Of a stretch of 64,000 bases of DNA, positions 1-11,920 are shown one piece after another; position 1 is the first letter of the stretch; every line of letters starts with the position of its first letter. The position numbers were made by a program, and so were the translations under genes. The DNA comes from Octopus sinensis (taxonomy: Eukaryota). The stretch covers positions 94,798,001 to 94,862,000 of the forward strand of contig NC_042999.1 of NCBI RefSeq assembly GCF_006345805.1. Direction: 5' to 3'. A model generated the notes under the pieces. The model was given only the letters and a program-made list of their open reading frames with translations. It had not been told where the DNA came from and did not search any database.

Positions 1-217
1 TGAAGCTGTGGGGAAGGGAGTGTAAGGAAATCAACGTCGTAAAGCGTTGTCAAGGAGACCAGCGTTCTTTTAGAACAACGAATTCATGGCTTGAAGACAC
101 CAAAACAGAAATGGCTAAGAAAGCCCGAATTGGCATCTATAAGGGAAGTAACTCTCTAAAAATGCTTATATAGTTATTTCCCTCACAAACCCGAGCAACA
201 CCGGGCGATACTGCTAG
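1..217 (+). mobile_element. 3' end of a Helitron (5' part outside the window)
   Basis: CCCG-AGCAACAC-CGGG hairpin (190-205) followed by GATACTG-CTAG (CTAG at 214-217) and then T. The same terminal motif occurs at 62901-62929 and, reversed, at 8026-8053. Confidence 0.7.
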
Positions 218-1544
218 TTTTATATAATTTTCTTCATAGTACAATAGTTAAATGACGGAATAGTGGGTGGCAGAGTCGATGTGTACTGGACTACTAGTCG
301 AGAGGTTATACTGCTTTAACACTTTCATTGTCATATTTCTAATAAAATATGTTTTCTTCATTTCAATTGATTATGGAAATAATGAAGTATTTTGTCAAGT
401 AACTTTGTCTTATTAAGCTGGTGTTATGAGGCAAACTTACATGAAACTTTCTTTTTAGACAATTTTATAACAGAAAGGTTGCATCATAAAACCATATAAG
501 GTCTCACTAGGTTGTTATCAAAAGAATTAAACTTTTAAACTTCAAGGACCCAATTTATTTAGTTCTGTGTAGATACTATCATATGATAAAATTTGGCATT
601 TAAAGCGCTAGTAGCGGCATGCAGGGACATTTCCATAACATGCAGATCTAGGTAGATCCTCTCACACCAAACTTTTATTTAGGATTCGAACATGATTATC
701 TAGATTTCAAGACATTACTAACTATACCCGGTTTTCAAAATGGTACACAACCTGTAGGACCTGAGAGTCATCATGCATTTAGCCCTTTGTTATTGGGGTA
801 GAGTTTCGCCAAGTAGTTTATGCTAAATACTAACCGGCCTTTCCTTCTTATTTGAAAGGTATATTTAAATTATGACACCTGATTCTATTTAGTCCAATAA
901 CCTAAACAAACCTGTAGTTAGACCGCGATTATTTGAGGTTTAGCAATTTGTAAAACTAGTTATTTTTGAATATGCAGCATAAACTTTGAGATGCCCGATC
1001 AAACCCTAATTGAGACTTTTCAAGTATCTTCCTCTTTATACCTGTAAATTACACCAAAGTTGTTGTTCTTGAAGGTCTGCATGATTTTGTATGGTAACCG
1101 AAATATAACATTAATCGTTGTGCAGAAAGCTAATAGAGCAATGTGTTTTGTCTGACACTTTAACTACTATGCCAATCCACTGCTCTTCGTTGAATAAATA
1201 ATGAATGAGGGTTTTAATCAATTTGAAATTCACCACCGCTTAGAAATTAAAAATCTGAAAGATAACTTGAAATTCTCATCAAACTCCGTACAAAGAAAAA
1301 ATATATCAGCTTTTCAAAGCTGACGATACTTTCATGTTCTCCTCGAACATAGATATCAGATTCTAAATATATTGAACTTACATCTTACAGAAAGCATCAT
1401 TGCAAATCTATAGAATCAGTTAACGATGAAATAGGTATGGATATCTTTGATCTCTTGAAGGCAACATATAGAAAATCAATATAACTCAAGTCATCACAAA
1501 CTAATTGTACATTAAGGACATTACAATGCTCATGATATATTCAT

Positions 1545-1685
1545 TAGTAGAAAGAAAAGAATTGGTTGGGCGACAGACAAATTGCTTTGTGGCATTTAGT
1601 TTTATCTAAAGTTTGAGCTCAAATCCCACCGAAATCAAATTTGCCGTTCATATTTATGGCATTCGATAAAATAAGTTCTAGTTAT
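1545..1685 (+). mobile_element. Degenerate SINE (same family as 48853-49060 and 56161-56387)
   Basis: GAGCTCAAATCCCACCGAAATCAAATTTGCCGTTCAT...TCGATAAAATAAGT is a diverged match to the family core. Confidence 0.5.
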
Positions 1686-2137
1686 GTGATGGTATTGATT
1701 ATTTTCATCGATACCGGCTAGATGAAAACGTGAATCGACTCTTGAAAAATTTTAGAGAATCATGTAAAAATGATGCGACTAAATATCGCAAATCATTTCC
1801 TTCAACATTCAACAAATTCTACAGCTACAGTCGTACACTGTACTATTCAATAATTTAAAATGTCGGTGAGGATGCAGTAACAAGCAAATGTATAAATATG
1901 GAATTTATTTAATTTTACATTTTTAGAAGCACCCCTCTATAGTTCTCCTTTCCACTGTGGTCAACAAAGTAATTGTCAATGAAGTAAATGTACCCTCGAA
2001 ACTATGTGGACTAGTGCTATATGTAGGAACTCGTATTCCTACATAAAATGCACCAAAAGTTTGATTTTTTAAAACTCAAATGACTTGAAAAACATAATCG
2101 ATCAAACTGACACTAGTAATTATTTATAATCTGCTTC

Positions 2138-2215
2138 TTTTTTGTTGCCGAACCAACAAAGCTTGTTAAACGGTGAGAAACAAACACAGACACATACACA
2201 TACACAAACGAAAAG
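2138..2215 (-). mobile_element. Fragment of the SINE 3' module seen at 4866 and 6283
   Basis: TTGCCGAACC...GTTAAACGGTG...ACAAACACAGACAC resembles 4985-5060 and 6405-6500. Confidence 0.45.
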
Positions 2216-2344
2216 TATACGTTTGTCTTGTGTGCGCGTGTATGGGCTTGTATATTGCACTGCTTGTATATGTGTCCCCCTTCTATTTTATTTTTATGTT
2301 TCTTGTTCTATTCTGTCTTCCGTCGTTAGATTGCGGGTTGTGGG

Positions 2345-3400
2345 GTGTTACTTTACGTTAGTGTTTTCTGTTGAGGATCGGCCCACTTTCTATTATTTGT
2401 CAACTCAGTATTCTGTCTGAGTGTTGTCAGTTGTATGTGTGGATACAACCTTAACTTCTATATTATCTATGGAGCCCTTGTGTTCTTGGTTGGTATGTTG
2501 GCATAGCATCCACGAGCTTTTCTCCTCCGTGAGCTCTCAACAGTGGCTTTCGTCCACTCTTTTATGCTATGGGCTGTCTCTTCTATATACGTCGTCGTCA
2601 TCTTTATGCATCGTGCTTCTGTACGTCAAATTCTCTAGAATTCATTCCTAGTTTTTCAGTTTGTCTATTGGCTTGCCCTACACACTACCCAGCTCCTATC
2701 AGTACAGTTGTTCTCTTTCAAAAGTCTGTTCTACTGATCAGGGATTTTATGTCCTTTCTACAACTATAATTCGTAGATTCAGTTTATTTAACGCTTTTTA
2801 AAAATGATACGCTAGTTCACCTACAGGAGTAGCGTCAACAAACATGACGCTCTGGTATTTTGGCTGTTATACCATGAGCTAGCCTTCTCTATTTTCTTCT
2901 TAGTCCTTTTTATATTATTCCATCGCGGGCAGATCCCATTTGCCTCATTCTCTATTCTGGTCAGGAGTTTTGTCGTGGCTCTTTTGTACACCCTGATCCT
3001 GTCTTTTTCGCTGTATCCAGAGATTTGGATATATGCATGCGATGGATGAAATGCTATATGCATCTCTCTAATTCCGTTGGTTGGCACTGCGGCAAACGTT
3101 TCACGATACAAAGCCTGCTATCACGATATTGAACTTAGTTTCCAGCCAGTTCAGTGTCTAACACAAGTAGTCTGGTATTGGGGTGCTTAGTAGGGTAGTC
3201 TACCGTTTACCTAATACTCCGGTGGATGAGGTTAGCTATTTACTGGATGCTTTCTATGGTGCTAGCTTTTAGTTCGGGTTCATAGGTATTCTCTTGTGTG
3301 TGTTTTTACCAGTATCTTGATATCATCGACTTAGCGAGAGAACATGGTTTGGGCTAGCTCTCTGCTAAGTGTTCCTCAGTTTTCTATCCTACGATACTAT
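2345..3400 (-). mobile_element. Decayed Penelope-like retroelement: RT C-terminus plus GIY-YIG endonuclease
   Basis: Manual minus-strand translation gives R*VDDI (RT YVDD with a stop, 3320-3336), IANLIHRSI..VDYPTKHPNTRLLVLD and ISGYSEKDRIRV (ORF 2821..3111). It then gives NLTYRS..KDDDDV/YIEETAHSIKE (degenerate GIY/YIG) and QHTNQEHKG..EVKVVSTH. Several stops and frameshifts. Confidence 0.75.
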
Positions 3401-3401
3401 A

Positions 3402-3556
3402 AACCGTTTGGTCACATCGCCTCTGCACGGTTTACGACTCGTAAATTCACTCAGACATTGATAGCACTGGAGCTATACTAGGAGATACTTTTCCGAGATG
3501 TCATGTAGTCGGGCTGAACACCGGATTACTTAACCACACAACCATACCAGCACTTC
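3402..3556 (-). mobile_element. Degenerate tRNA-derived SINE head/core
   Basis: Diverged match to 6756-6895 and 11762-11920 (GTGTGGTTAAG...TTCAGCCCGACT...TATAGC). Confidence 0.55.
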
Positions 3557-4865
3557 TATATAAAATATTTGTAATGTGAGAAAAATTATTACTTTTGGAT
3601 TGCAATCTACTAGATATATCAGTGTGCAATTGTAAATGCTTTTGAGTCTTTAAGTTCGTGAAGCGGCAGCAAGTGTTGACTTTTAAACTAGATACTTTGT
3701 AATAATGAATAACATAACCTTGCAGTCTATCTTCAAATGCTGCCGAAATAGATTTGTCTTTTATTCTTTCTGATCAATAAAATGTTAACATCATTCAGAA
3801 AGCTGAATCCAATAAATTGATTTCGAATCACACATAAAATATGAATCATTAGCAGAAATTTATAATTGGCGTTGCTCCTCAATATTATAAGTTCTAATCA
3901 TATCGAAACCAAATCTCTCTTTAATCTCTCCCGAATTCATATTGTAGGGTCCCCTAATATTTTAGGTTAATTTGGCTAACTACATCGCTATCATTCACTT
4001 CAATAGCTTTTGATCTAAGTTTGCAAAGCGTTAACACCGATTCTCTTATATTTGTAAAGAAGTCATTACATATTGCAAATAATAAGTATCGACCAATTCA
4101 AGCGGCGTAAATATAAGTAATGCCAGTTAAATAAATAAGTTCAAATGCAAAACGAAATGGTACTGCAGATTTGGAAGTTCAAAAAGCCCACAGCCAGTTA
4201 TGATGCTTAGCCGGTCTTTTAGTTCTAATCGAACAGACCCTGATCAAAGATGATCTAACATGACCATTTTTTGAGATATGTGTAGTTTCTTTACTTAATA
4301 TGATGGTATGCAATTTGTGATTGCAGATAGTTTCCCTCAAAATTAGCAACATTATATAACAGTGAATTAAGCTATGCTAAAATTTGTATATGTTGATGAA
4401 AGATTTCTGCCATTTCTTGTAATTATTACTATTGATTTTTACTACTAATATGAGGAGGCATATATTTTCAAACTTGTACAGTAATCGTACGGATAATATT
4501 TTATAAGAAATATTAGAATTATTGAATAATACAACTACAGTACATTCTGATACCTATTAAATTTAAAATTCTGCTAGCCCAAAATTTGCTTGCTGATTTA
4601 CAGTGTTAGCACTGCTACCCATCCAAGTACTGACTACTATTTCACTAGTTACACAGATGCCTATCGAAAGGTATTTTGTACTCTTATGCGTCTTCATACA
4701 TACAAACCAAATGCTGTATGTACCATTCCAGTGCCTACTAAACATTCTAAGAGTTATTCTCATGTCTACATATAAGTGCACCAACATACCTTGTTGGGAA
4801 CGTATGTTAATAATTATATTTCTTTGTCAGGTTAAATGTGATCTTGCTCTCGAACAAATGCACTC

Positions 4866-5046
4866 TCTTACTCTTTACTTGTTTCAGTCATTTGACTGTA
4901 GCCATGCTGGATCACCACTTTTAGTCGAGCAAATCGACCCCAGAACCTATTCTTTGCTAGCCTAGTAATTATTCTTTCGGTCTCTTTTGCCGAACCGCTA
5001 AGTTACTGGGAGGTAAACACACCAGCAACGGTTGTCAAGCGATGTT

Positions 5047-5098
<52 letters not shown>
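4866..5098 (-). mobile_element. SINE 3' module with adjacent (CA)n microsatellite
   Basis: TTTACTTGTTTCAGTCATTTGACTG...GCCGAACCGCTAAGTTAC...GTCAAGCGATG is shared with 6283-6500 and 59397-59449. Confidence 0.8.
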
Positions 5099-5102
<4 letters not shown>

Positions 5103-5230
5103 TATATATAAATACAAGCATTTTGTGGGAACGTGAGGCAGAGACAGTCTCCTCGCCTCACCCAACATGTAACCCGACCACATCTGTCACATCATTAAAC
5201 AACCTCAGTTGCATTCACTGCTTTCAGTCG

Positions 5231-5986
5231 CTCCTCTCCTGCTCTCCTAATCTCCCTCTCCTGCTCTCTCTCCTGCTCTCTCTCTCCTGCTCACCCTCTC
5301 TCCTGCTCACCCTCTCTCCTTATCGCCCTCTCTCCTTATCGCCCTCTCTCCTGATCGCCCTCTCTCCTGATCGCCCTCTCTCCTGCTCTCCCCTCCTGCT
5401 CTCCCTCCTCCTGCTCTCCCCTCCTGCTCACCCTCTCTCCTGATCTCCCTCTCTCCTGATCTCCATCTCTCTTTCTCTCCGTCTCTCCTGATCGCCCTCT
5501 CTCTTTCTCTCCGTCTCTCCTGATCTCCCTCTCTCCTGCTCCCTCTCTCCTGATCTCTCTTTCCTGCTCTCCTGATCTCCCTCTCCTACTCTCCCTCTCT
5601 CCTGATCTCCCTCTCCTACTCTCCTGCTCTCCGGATCTCCCTCGCTCATGCTCTCCCTCTCTCTGTCTCTCCCGGTCTCCCTCTCATGCTCTCCCTCTCT
5701 CTTTCTCTCCCGCGCTCTATTTCTCACCCTCTCTCCTGCTCTCCCTCTCTCCTGATCACCCTCTCTCCTGATCACCCTCTCTCCTGCTCTCCCTCTCTCC
5801 TGCTCTCCCTCTCTCCTGATCGCCCTTTCTCCTGATCGCCCTTTCTCCTGATCGCCCTTTCTCCTGCTCTCCCTCTCTCCTGCTCTCCCTCTCTACTGCT
5901 CTCCTTCTCTCCTGCTCTCCCTCTCTCCTGATCGCCCTCTCTTCTGATTGCTCTCCCTCTCTCTCTCTTCTTCCCCTCCCTCCTCC
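5231..5986. repeat. Pyrimidine-rich degenerate minisatellite (~16-nt unit, CTCTCTCCTG(A/C)TC(T/G/A)CC)
   Basis: Visible tandem units; accounts for the spurious ORFs 5042..5443 and 5428..5775. Confidence 0.9.
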
Positions 5987-6207
5987 AAAGATGTCAATAG
6001 ACGAACAATGCTATCATTGTTGTTACTTATTATTGTTGTTAATGTTGTTGTTGTTATAGTTACTTTCTTGGTGGAAGTGATGGCGATGAAGGGTGGCGGC
6101 GGCGGTTGAGTGATGCGTGACGGAGTCAGACATTACCTAACACCATTGACGGTTCTTACTTTATCTTCATAATCACTCACACACATACACACACACAAAT
6201 TCAGTTG

Positions 6208-6247
<40 letters not shown>

Positions 6248-6483
6248 TACAAGTGTATAAATAGACACATACGTACATATGTTCTTTTATTCTTTTACTT
6301 GTTCCATTCATTTGACTGCGGCCATGCAGGAGTACTGCCTTTAGTCAAATAAGTCGACCCCAGGACTAATTCTTTGTAAGCCTAGGACTTTTTCGTCGAT
6401 TTCCTTTGCCGAACCGCTAAGTTACAGACATAACCACACCAACATCGGCTGTCAAGCGATGGTGAGAGTACAAACTGATACAA

Positions 6484-6524
<41 letters not shown>

Positions 6525-6530
<6 letters not shown>

Positions 6531-6680
6531 TATTAGAGACAAAACCACTATTTTGCAAAACAAACAAGGAAAGACTTAATCAATACATAAAATTTTAATA
6601 AATAGTCAAAAAAACCGCCACTACAATCGTTTCTTGTCTTGATCGACAATCTTCAGGTGGACTTCCAATAAGTCAGTTTC

Positions 6681-6685
<5 letters not shown>
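6525..6685 (-). mobile_element. Short hammerhead-containing insert (solo PLE pseudo-LTR or retrozyme-like) in (TA)n
   Basis: About 160 nt of non-repetitive DNA between two (TA)n tracts, containing a complete hammerhead core. Confidence 0.55.
6618..6660 (-). ncRNA. Minimal type I hammerhead ribozyme
   Basis: Minus strand: CCAC CUGAAGA UUGUC-GAUCAA-GACAA GAAA CGAUUG UA GUGG. Stem I CCAC/GUGG, 5-bp stem II, near-palindromic loopless stem III ACGA/UUGU, GUA cleavage triplet. Confidence 0.75.
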
Positions 6686-6732
<47 letters not shown>

Positions 6733-6755
6733 CATACGTACATGTATACACGTCA

Positions 6756-6895
6756 GGCTTCTTTCAGTTTCCGTCCGCCAAACTCACTCACAAGGCTTTG
6801 GTTGGCCCGAGGCTATAGTAGAAGACACTTGTGGGACTGAACCTGGAAACAAGTAGTTGGTAAGCAAGCGTCTAACCACACAGCTACTTCTACGC
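6756..6895 (-). mobile_element. tRNA-derived SINE head/core
   Basis: Reverse complement GTAGCTGTGTGGTTAGACGCTTGCTTACC...GGTTCAGTCCCAC...CTATAGCCTCGGGCCAACCAAAGCCTTGTGAGTG, with A/B-box-like motifs. Confidence 0.8.
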
Positions 6896-8025
6896 TATAT
6901 ATAACAGGTTTCTGCGCTTTGCGTTCAAACCCCTCCTAGACAAACTAATATGACATAAGTTCATTCAAGAAATGGCAGCTGAGAACAGCTCCATCCGAGG
7001 AAAAATATTCTCAAGAATAAAATACTGTCCTAAGTTGAAATGCCGTTAAAGAAAAGAACAGGCCGAAGATAAATGGTCAAATGTGGGCTCGTGTTTCTGC
7101 TGACAGTTGCCCTGTTTCTAGAAAGTAAAGAATTTGTGCAAAATGAGTAGAACACTGCTACAACCTGGGTAATTTGCGTTATTAAACAAAAATGAGCTTA
7201 GAGAACTAACACAGGAGTGACCAGTGGTCTTTTTATGAACAACACTGACAAATACAGGTACATCAAATACCATACAACAAAAATTCTTGATTTATTAAAA
7301 CTATCTTCACCTCTAGAGGATATGGCACAATTACTAAATGGAAATTGACAACGGACCCATTTGAAACGAACAATATCAATGAGCTCGTTTGTTTTCTATT
7401 CTTTCTAATACACACACATACACACACACATAGACAGACAGAAATAAGAAAATGGAGGGGATTAATAGGTGGTTCACCTACTTTTAGACATTATATTATG
7501 TCAACATATTTATCAAAATGACAATTACAAGAATATACATACATATATAACATATGCTTTACATATAAAAAATATTAATATATAAAGATACCAGTAATTA
7601 TTAAAATATAACATGTATGTATACATGCATGCATGCATGAACATATGCATGTATGTATACGACGAGTTTCCATAGAGTTTCACCGAAAGTGAAACAGTGT
7701 AGCGTGCCGATTCATCCACCAACCGCAGCTTAAACAGCTTTGAAGTGTTAACAGGAAACACGTTCAAAAGAAAATTAAAAGATGCAGGAATAAGCACAAA
7801 CAGAACGTGAATATTGATAGTCAATGCACCCGTGTATAGAAACGGATCCAAGATCTGCTGCGACACCTATTTCCCCTAATCCAAGCCCAAAATAACCTCA
7901 AACTCAGTCCCATCTTACCGCCTCAGGTCAAAATTTCTGTTGACCAACTTAAAAGCAGACTCGCCCCTTCCAAATACCTGGCGCCCACGCGCACTCACAT
8001 GCTCGCACACACATGTATAGCTACA

Positions 8026-11000
8026 CTAACAGAGGTACCTGGCGTTGCCCGGTTACATTCAATTGAAGAATTAGACTTTTCTGTTATATATATATATGAT
8101 GGATACACACACACATATAGGTATATTAATATAAATACATGAAAGTACATGAAGTTTGTTAAAAAAAAAGGGGGGATCATGTATATACCTCCTGGCTGTT
8201 GAGATTATAACACCTAGTTGTAAACAATGTTCCTTGTTTTTCCTTGTGGAGCAAATAGAAAAAGGCTTCTTTTGGTTCCTACTCTTAAGCAGCCAACATA
8301 CAGTTACCCATGCGAGAAGCAGGGCTATTCCAAGAGAAGACCAGCTACAGCGAGGGTTTGACCCTGAGATTTGTTAATGGACATGGCAAAGCTGACACGA
8401 AGGTGGGGATTGCAGTCTTCTGAATGTAAATGGAATTTCTGCTCCTGATGGAGTAAGAGGAATTCTTGGAATAAAGACGTCATCACTTTTTCCACATCCA
8501 GAAAGAATGATCGCCTCGATAACGTGTGACATCATTTTCTTTATCACCAGTCTCTTAGCGGTTCCAGATTGCGGAGTAGCATTACAGGAGTTCCAACTTT
8601 AAGTGCTAATATGTGTGGAGGTAGTCCAGGAGGCTCCAGTGAATTGAGAAATTCAGGAGGATAGTTCAGAACTTCATTTATATCTGGAATTGTATTAACA
8701 GACTTGTAAGTGTGTATAGTGTCGGGAAGAGAATGCATTAGCTGTTGATTAATTTTGTTAACAGCGACGTTTTTTGGAGCTAATATTGCTCTTTCACACA
8801 GCCAATTATGATTTTGGTAGTTTTTTGTGAAGTTGGGAAAGACTTTGTTTTTGGGGTCATCTACAGAATTAACAACAGAGGAAAATGACCACGCTTCCAT
8901 TTGTCCTGCAGCATCGAGAGGCATCTTGCCTTCACCAAGTGTGAAAATGTCCTGTGCAAACTTTGTGCATTTTGTCGCCGTGTAGCTGAGCTCTCATGTT
9001 AGTGGTGAGACTGAGGATTGTAACATGATGCCACAGAGTAGAGGACTGTAGGCATGCTTGGATTTCATCTGCTCTAGTGCCTTTCGGAATGACAGGAAGA
9101 GTTTGCCTCAAATCACCTGACAACAGAAGCGTTACACCCCCCCCCATTGGAGCCTGACAGTCTCGGATGTCTTTCAGGGCTCTATCCAATGCTTCCAAAG
9201 CTCCCTTGTGAGCCATAGTGTACTCGTCCCAGACAATTAGATGACACATTTTAAGTACTTGTCCCTGATCTGAGCTTTTGTTGATGTTGCATGAAGGCAT
9301 TTCGGATGCTGCTAAATTGAGAGGGAGTTTAAAAGTTGAGTGTGCTGTCCTGCCACCGGGTAACAAAGTAACTGCAATGCCAGAGGAGGCTATGCTGCCT
9401 AACTTCTGCAAAGAGAAGCTTTGTAATAAATGTTTTTCCTGTCCCCCCCCCCAGGAGCATCGAGGAAGAAGATTCGTCCCTCGCGTTGACGTACACTGTT
9501 AAGAATAGTTATGTAGACCTGCAGCTGATCCGGAAGTAACTTAGGCTCATTTTCAACAATGTACTTTGAAAGCGCTTGAGTGTCGTAGGTTGTTTCACGA
9601 ATGACAGCAGTGGGAAGGCTATTTGACCCAGACCTGAATGCTTGTGGCAGGCCATACATCGACAATTCATTTCCGCCCAGTTTAGCAATTCTGTCTTCAA
9701 TGTCAATGAGTGTTTTGTTATAGATTTCATTGCTGATACCCTCCATGTCATGATAGAGCAGTTGAGCTTGGCGCTGAAAGTCTTCAGCCAGGTCTCTATA
9801 TTCAAGCCATAGAGTGGCCGGATCACACAGTTCGCATGCCTGTAGTAATACTGCAAATAGTGCCCTGAGACTTTTAGGTGATTGTGATAAAGCAGCCTCT
9901 CCTAAAGTTGCATCCCATTGTGCACCATCTTCTGACAGACCTTGTCGATAGCAGGCTTCTCTGTATGTTGTGCAGACATGTCCATGAATGGATTTTAGTG
10001 CCTGGAAAGATGTTGGCCCTATGACCTCATGCTGTAGTAGACGAAGGTAGAAGCACCCTTGTTGAGTGGGATGCAGTGTATACTCACCCAAGGCAAGTGT
10101 GAAACTTAATGCCAGGGTATCCATGAACATTTTGATCTGCTTTCCGTGGGGCCCATTTTTTTCCATTCCAAGTGTAGTACGATGGATCCATTCGCTCAAG
10201 GTTTGAGCGAATGGATCTACTTGACAAAGCTTGAAGAATGCAGTGAGTGTACTATCCCTTGGTTCCTCTGCCAACAGAGAAGCATTAGCATCGGTGAAGT
10301 ACACTGTTTGACCATTTTCCAGGTGCACTGCAAGCTGTTGAATGGCGGGGTGTCGTTGGTGAATTGGAAAGCCAAAGATGCGCCAGAAAGCCTCGTTGCT
10401 ACTCTTGTACCGTCCCATCTGATAATGCGTCACTTCATCCTGGCAGTATTCTTGTTGAAGTCCAAACATTGCAGCGTCAGATCCCTTGTTTAAATATTTA
10501 CATATTTGCAAACGTACTTGATGGATTTAACAGAGTTGCAAAACTCAACGTTGATGTGGGCATTGAAAGTCTTTGACAGGAGTGGGCAGTATGGAACAAT
10601 CCATCTATTATCAATACCGTGCTGTCCGATAGTTGCTGGAAATCTTTTTGAACATATGCTGTCCTTCAAGCATGGTGAGTTTATGTTGAATCCACGCCCA
10701 CATGGACCATGTACCATGTTTACTTTAACTATTTCGTATAGCTCTTTGTCTAAAGCTGGATCAGGAAACTCTGCAGAGATTATGTTGTCGATGTCATTGG
10801 AATTGATCTTCACTGAGATCCGAAGCAGGATATGAGCACGTGGAAGGGCCCTTTTTTGCCACTCGATTGTGTACATGTCACATTGTATGGGCTCAAAATG
10901 TATCACAAACTGGAATTGTAGGCCCGTCTCTCGCAATTTCGATCAATTGAATCTTGTCCTCCCTCTTGTATAGAGGTGCACAGTTGCAGCGAAATTCATT

Positions 11001-11741
11001 TTTGGACTTTCTTCTATCGAAGGCATTTTAACAAAATTGCTTCCGTAAAAACGGTGAAAATATTATCAATTTCCCCAAACAGGGGCACAATTCAATTTTT
11101 AAACAATAACCAAAGCCCCTTCTCCGAAAGGGGAGGGTTACGGTTTACAATTATTTAACAAGTGCAACACAACAACGTTTCCCTGACGAGGAACCAACAA
11201 ACGTGATTACAATAGTCAAACAGTAACAATAATAACAACAAACCTTTTTAAGTTATCCCCATTTATGTGAAACCACTTATTCAAGTTCAAGTCATTGATG
11301 CAATTTTATACGAATTGCTAATACACACACAAACACACATAACAAGGGTGAAAAATTGAATATTAATTTGATTAATATGAATTGAAAACCAGTGGTGTAG
11401 CATATAAGACCATAGCGGATCTTCTTCTAGCAAAATGGATGACCACTTGTTAATGGTTCATCCCTGTTATATAATACTTTCACTTTAATAGTTTCAGTAT
11501 TAAAGTGAAAGTGTCTGCATTACAAGAGGTTTTTGTTTCACTTTTAACACGTAATACTGAAATAGTGGAAAAGATATGATATTGCTGTGGGGTCGCCTTA
11601 GGGAAAAAGATTTTTTTTTGCCGATGACACTCCCCGGACCTTAAGTAAGGCATGTGTAAAATGTGAATGAAATCGGTTGTGTAGTTCTCAACTTTTAGGG
11701 AAACACACAGACAGACACACATTCTCAGTTTTATGTATAGA
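8026..11741 (-). mobile_element. Helitron with both termini and an internally deleted, frameshifted Rep/Helicase
   Basis: 5' end A|TCTATACATAAAACTGAGAATGTGTG at 11741. 3' end CCGGGCAACGCCAGG hairpin + TACCTCTG-TTAG|T (CTAG changed to TTAG) at 8026. Inserted between A and T with no TSD. Confidence 0.85.
8205..10936 (-). pseudogene. Helitron RepHel pseudogene (HUH replication initiator + PIF1-family SF1 helicase)
   Basis: Rep motifs YTIEWQKRALPRAHILL and KYVCKY. Helicase motifs FFLDAPGG, SSGIAVTLLPGGRTAHSTFKLP, LIVWDE, SGDLRQTLPV, ERAILAPKN, VMLLRNL and SFAMSINKSQGQ (manual translation). Split over ORFs 10490..10936, 9399..10511, 8932..9411 and 8544..8924. Confidence 0.93.
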
Positions 11742-11761
11742 TATATATATATACATATATA

Positions 11762-11920
11762 CGAGCTTCTTTCAGTTTCTGTCTACCAAATCCACTCGGA
11801 TAGCTTTGGTCGGCCCGAGGCTATAGTAGGAGATAATTACCCAAGTTGCTACGCAGTGGAACTGAACCCGGAACCATGTGGTTCGTTAGCAAAGTACTTA
11901 CCACACAGCCACCGCTACGT
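11762..11920 (-). mobile_element. tRNA-derived SINE head/core; the Helitron 5' end abuts its (TA)n tract
   Basis: GCTTCTTTCAGTTTCTGTCTACCAAATCCACTC...CTGAACCCGGAACCATGTGG...CTTACCACACAGCCAC matches 6756-6895. Confidence 0.8.

Larger units (their letters stand above)
6283..6895 (-). mobile_element. Composite SINE (tRNA-like head 6756-6895, internal microsatellite, 3' module 6283-6500) interrupted by a hammerhead-bearing insert
   Basis: The head matches 11762-11920 and 30575-30705; the 3' module matches 4866-5050. Both lie in the same orientation on either side of CA/TA/GT tracts. Confidence 0.7.

Noticed and set aside
7525-7866. 113-aa minus ORF
   Set aside because: Its C-terminal half is microsatellite-derived and the rest has no recognisable domain.
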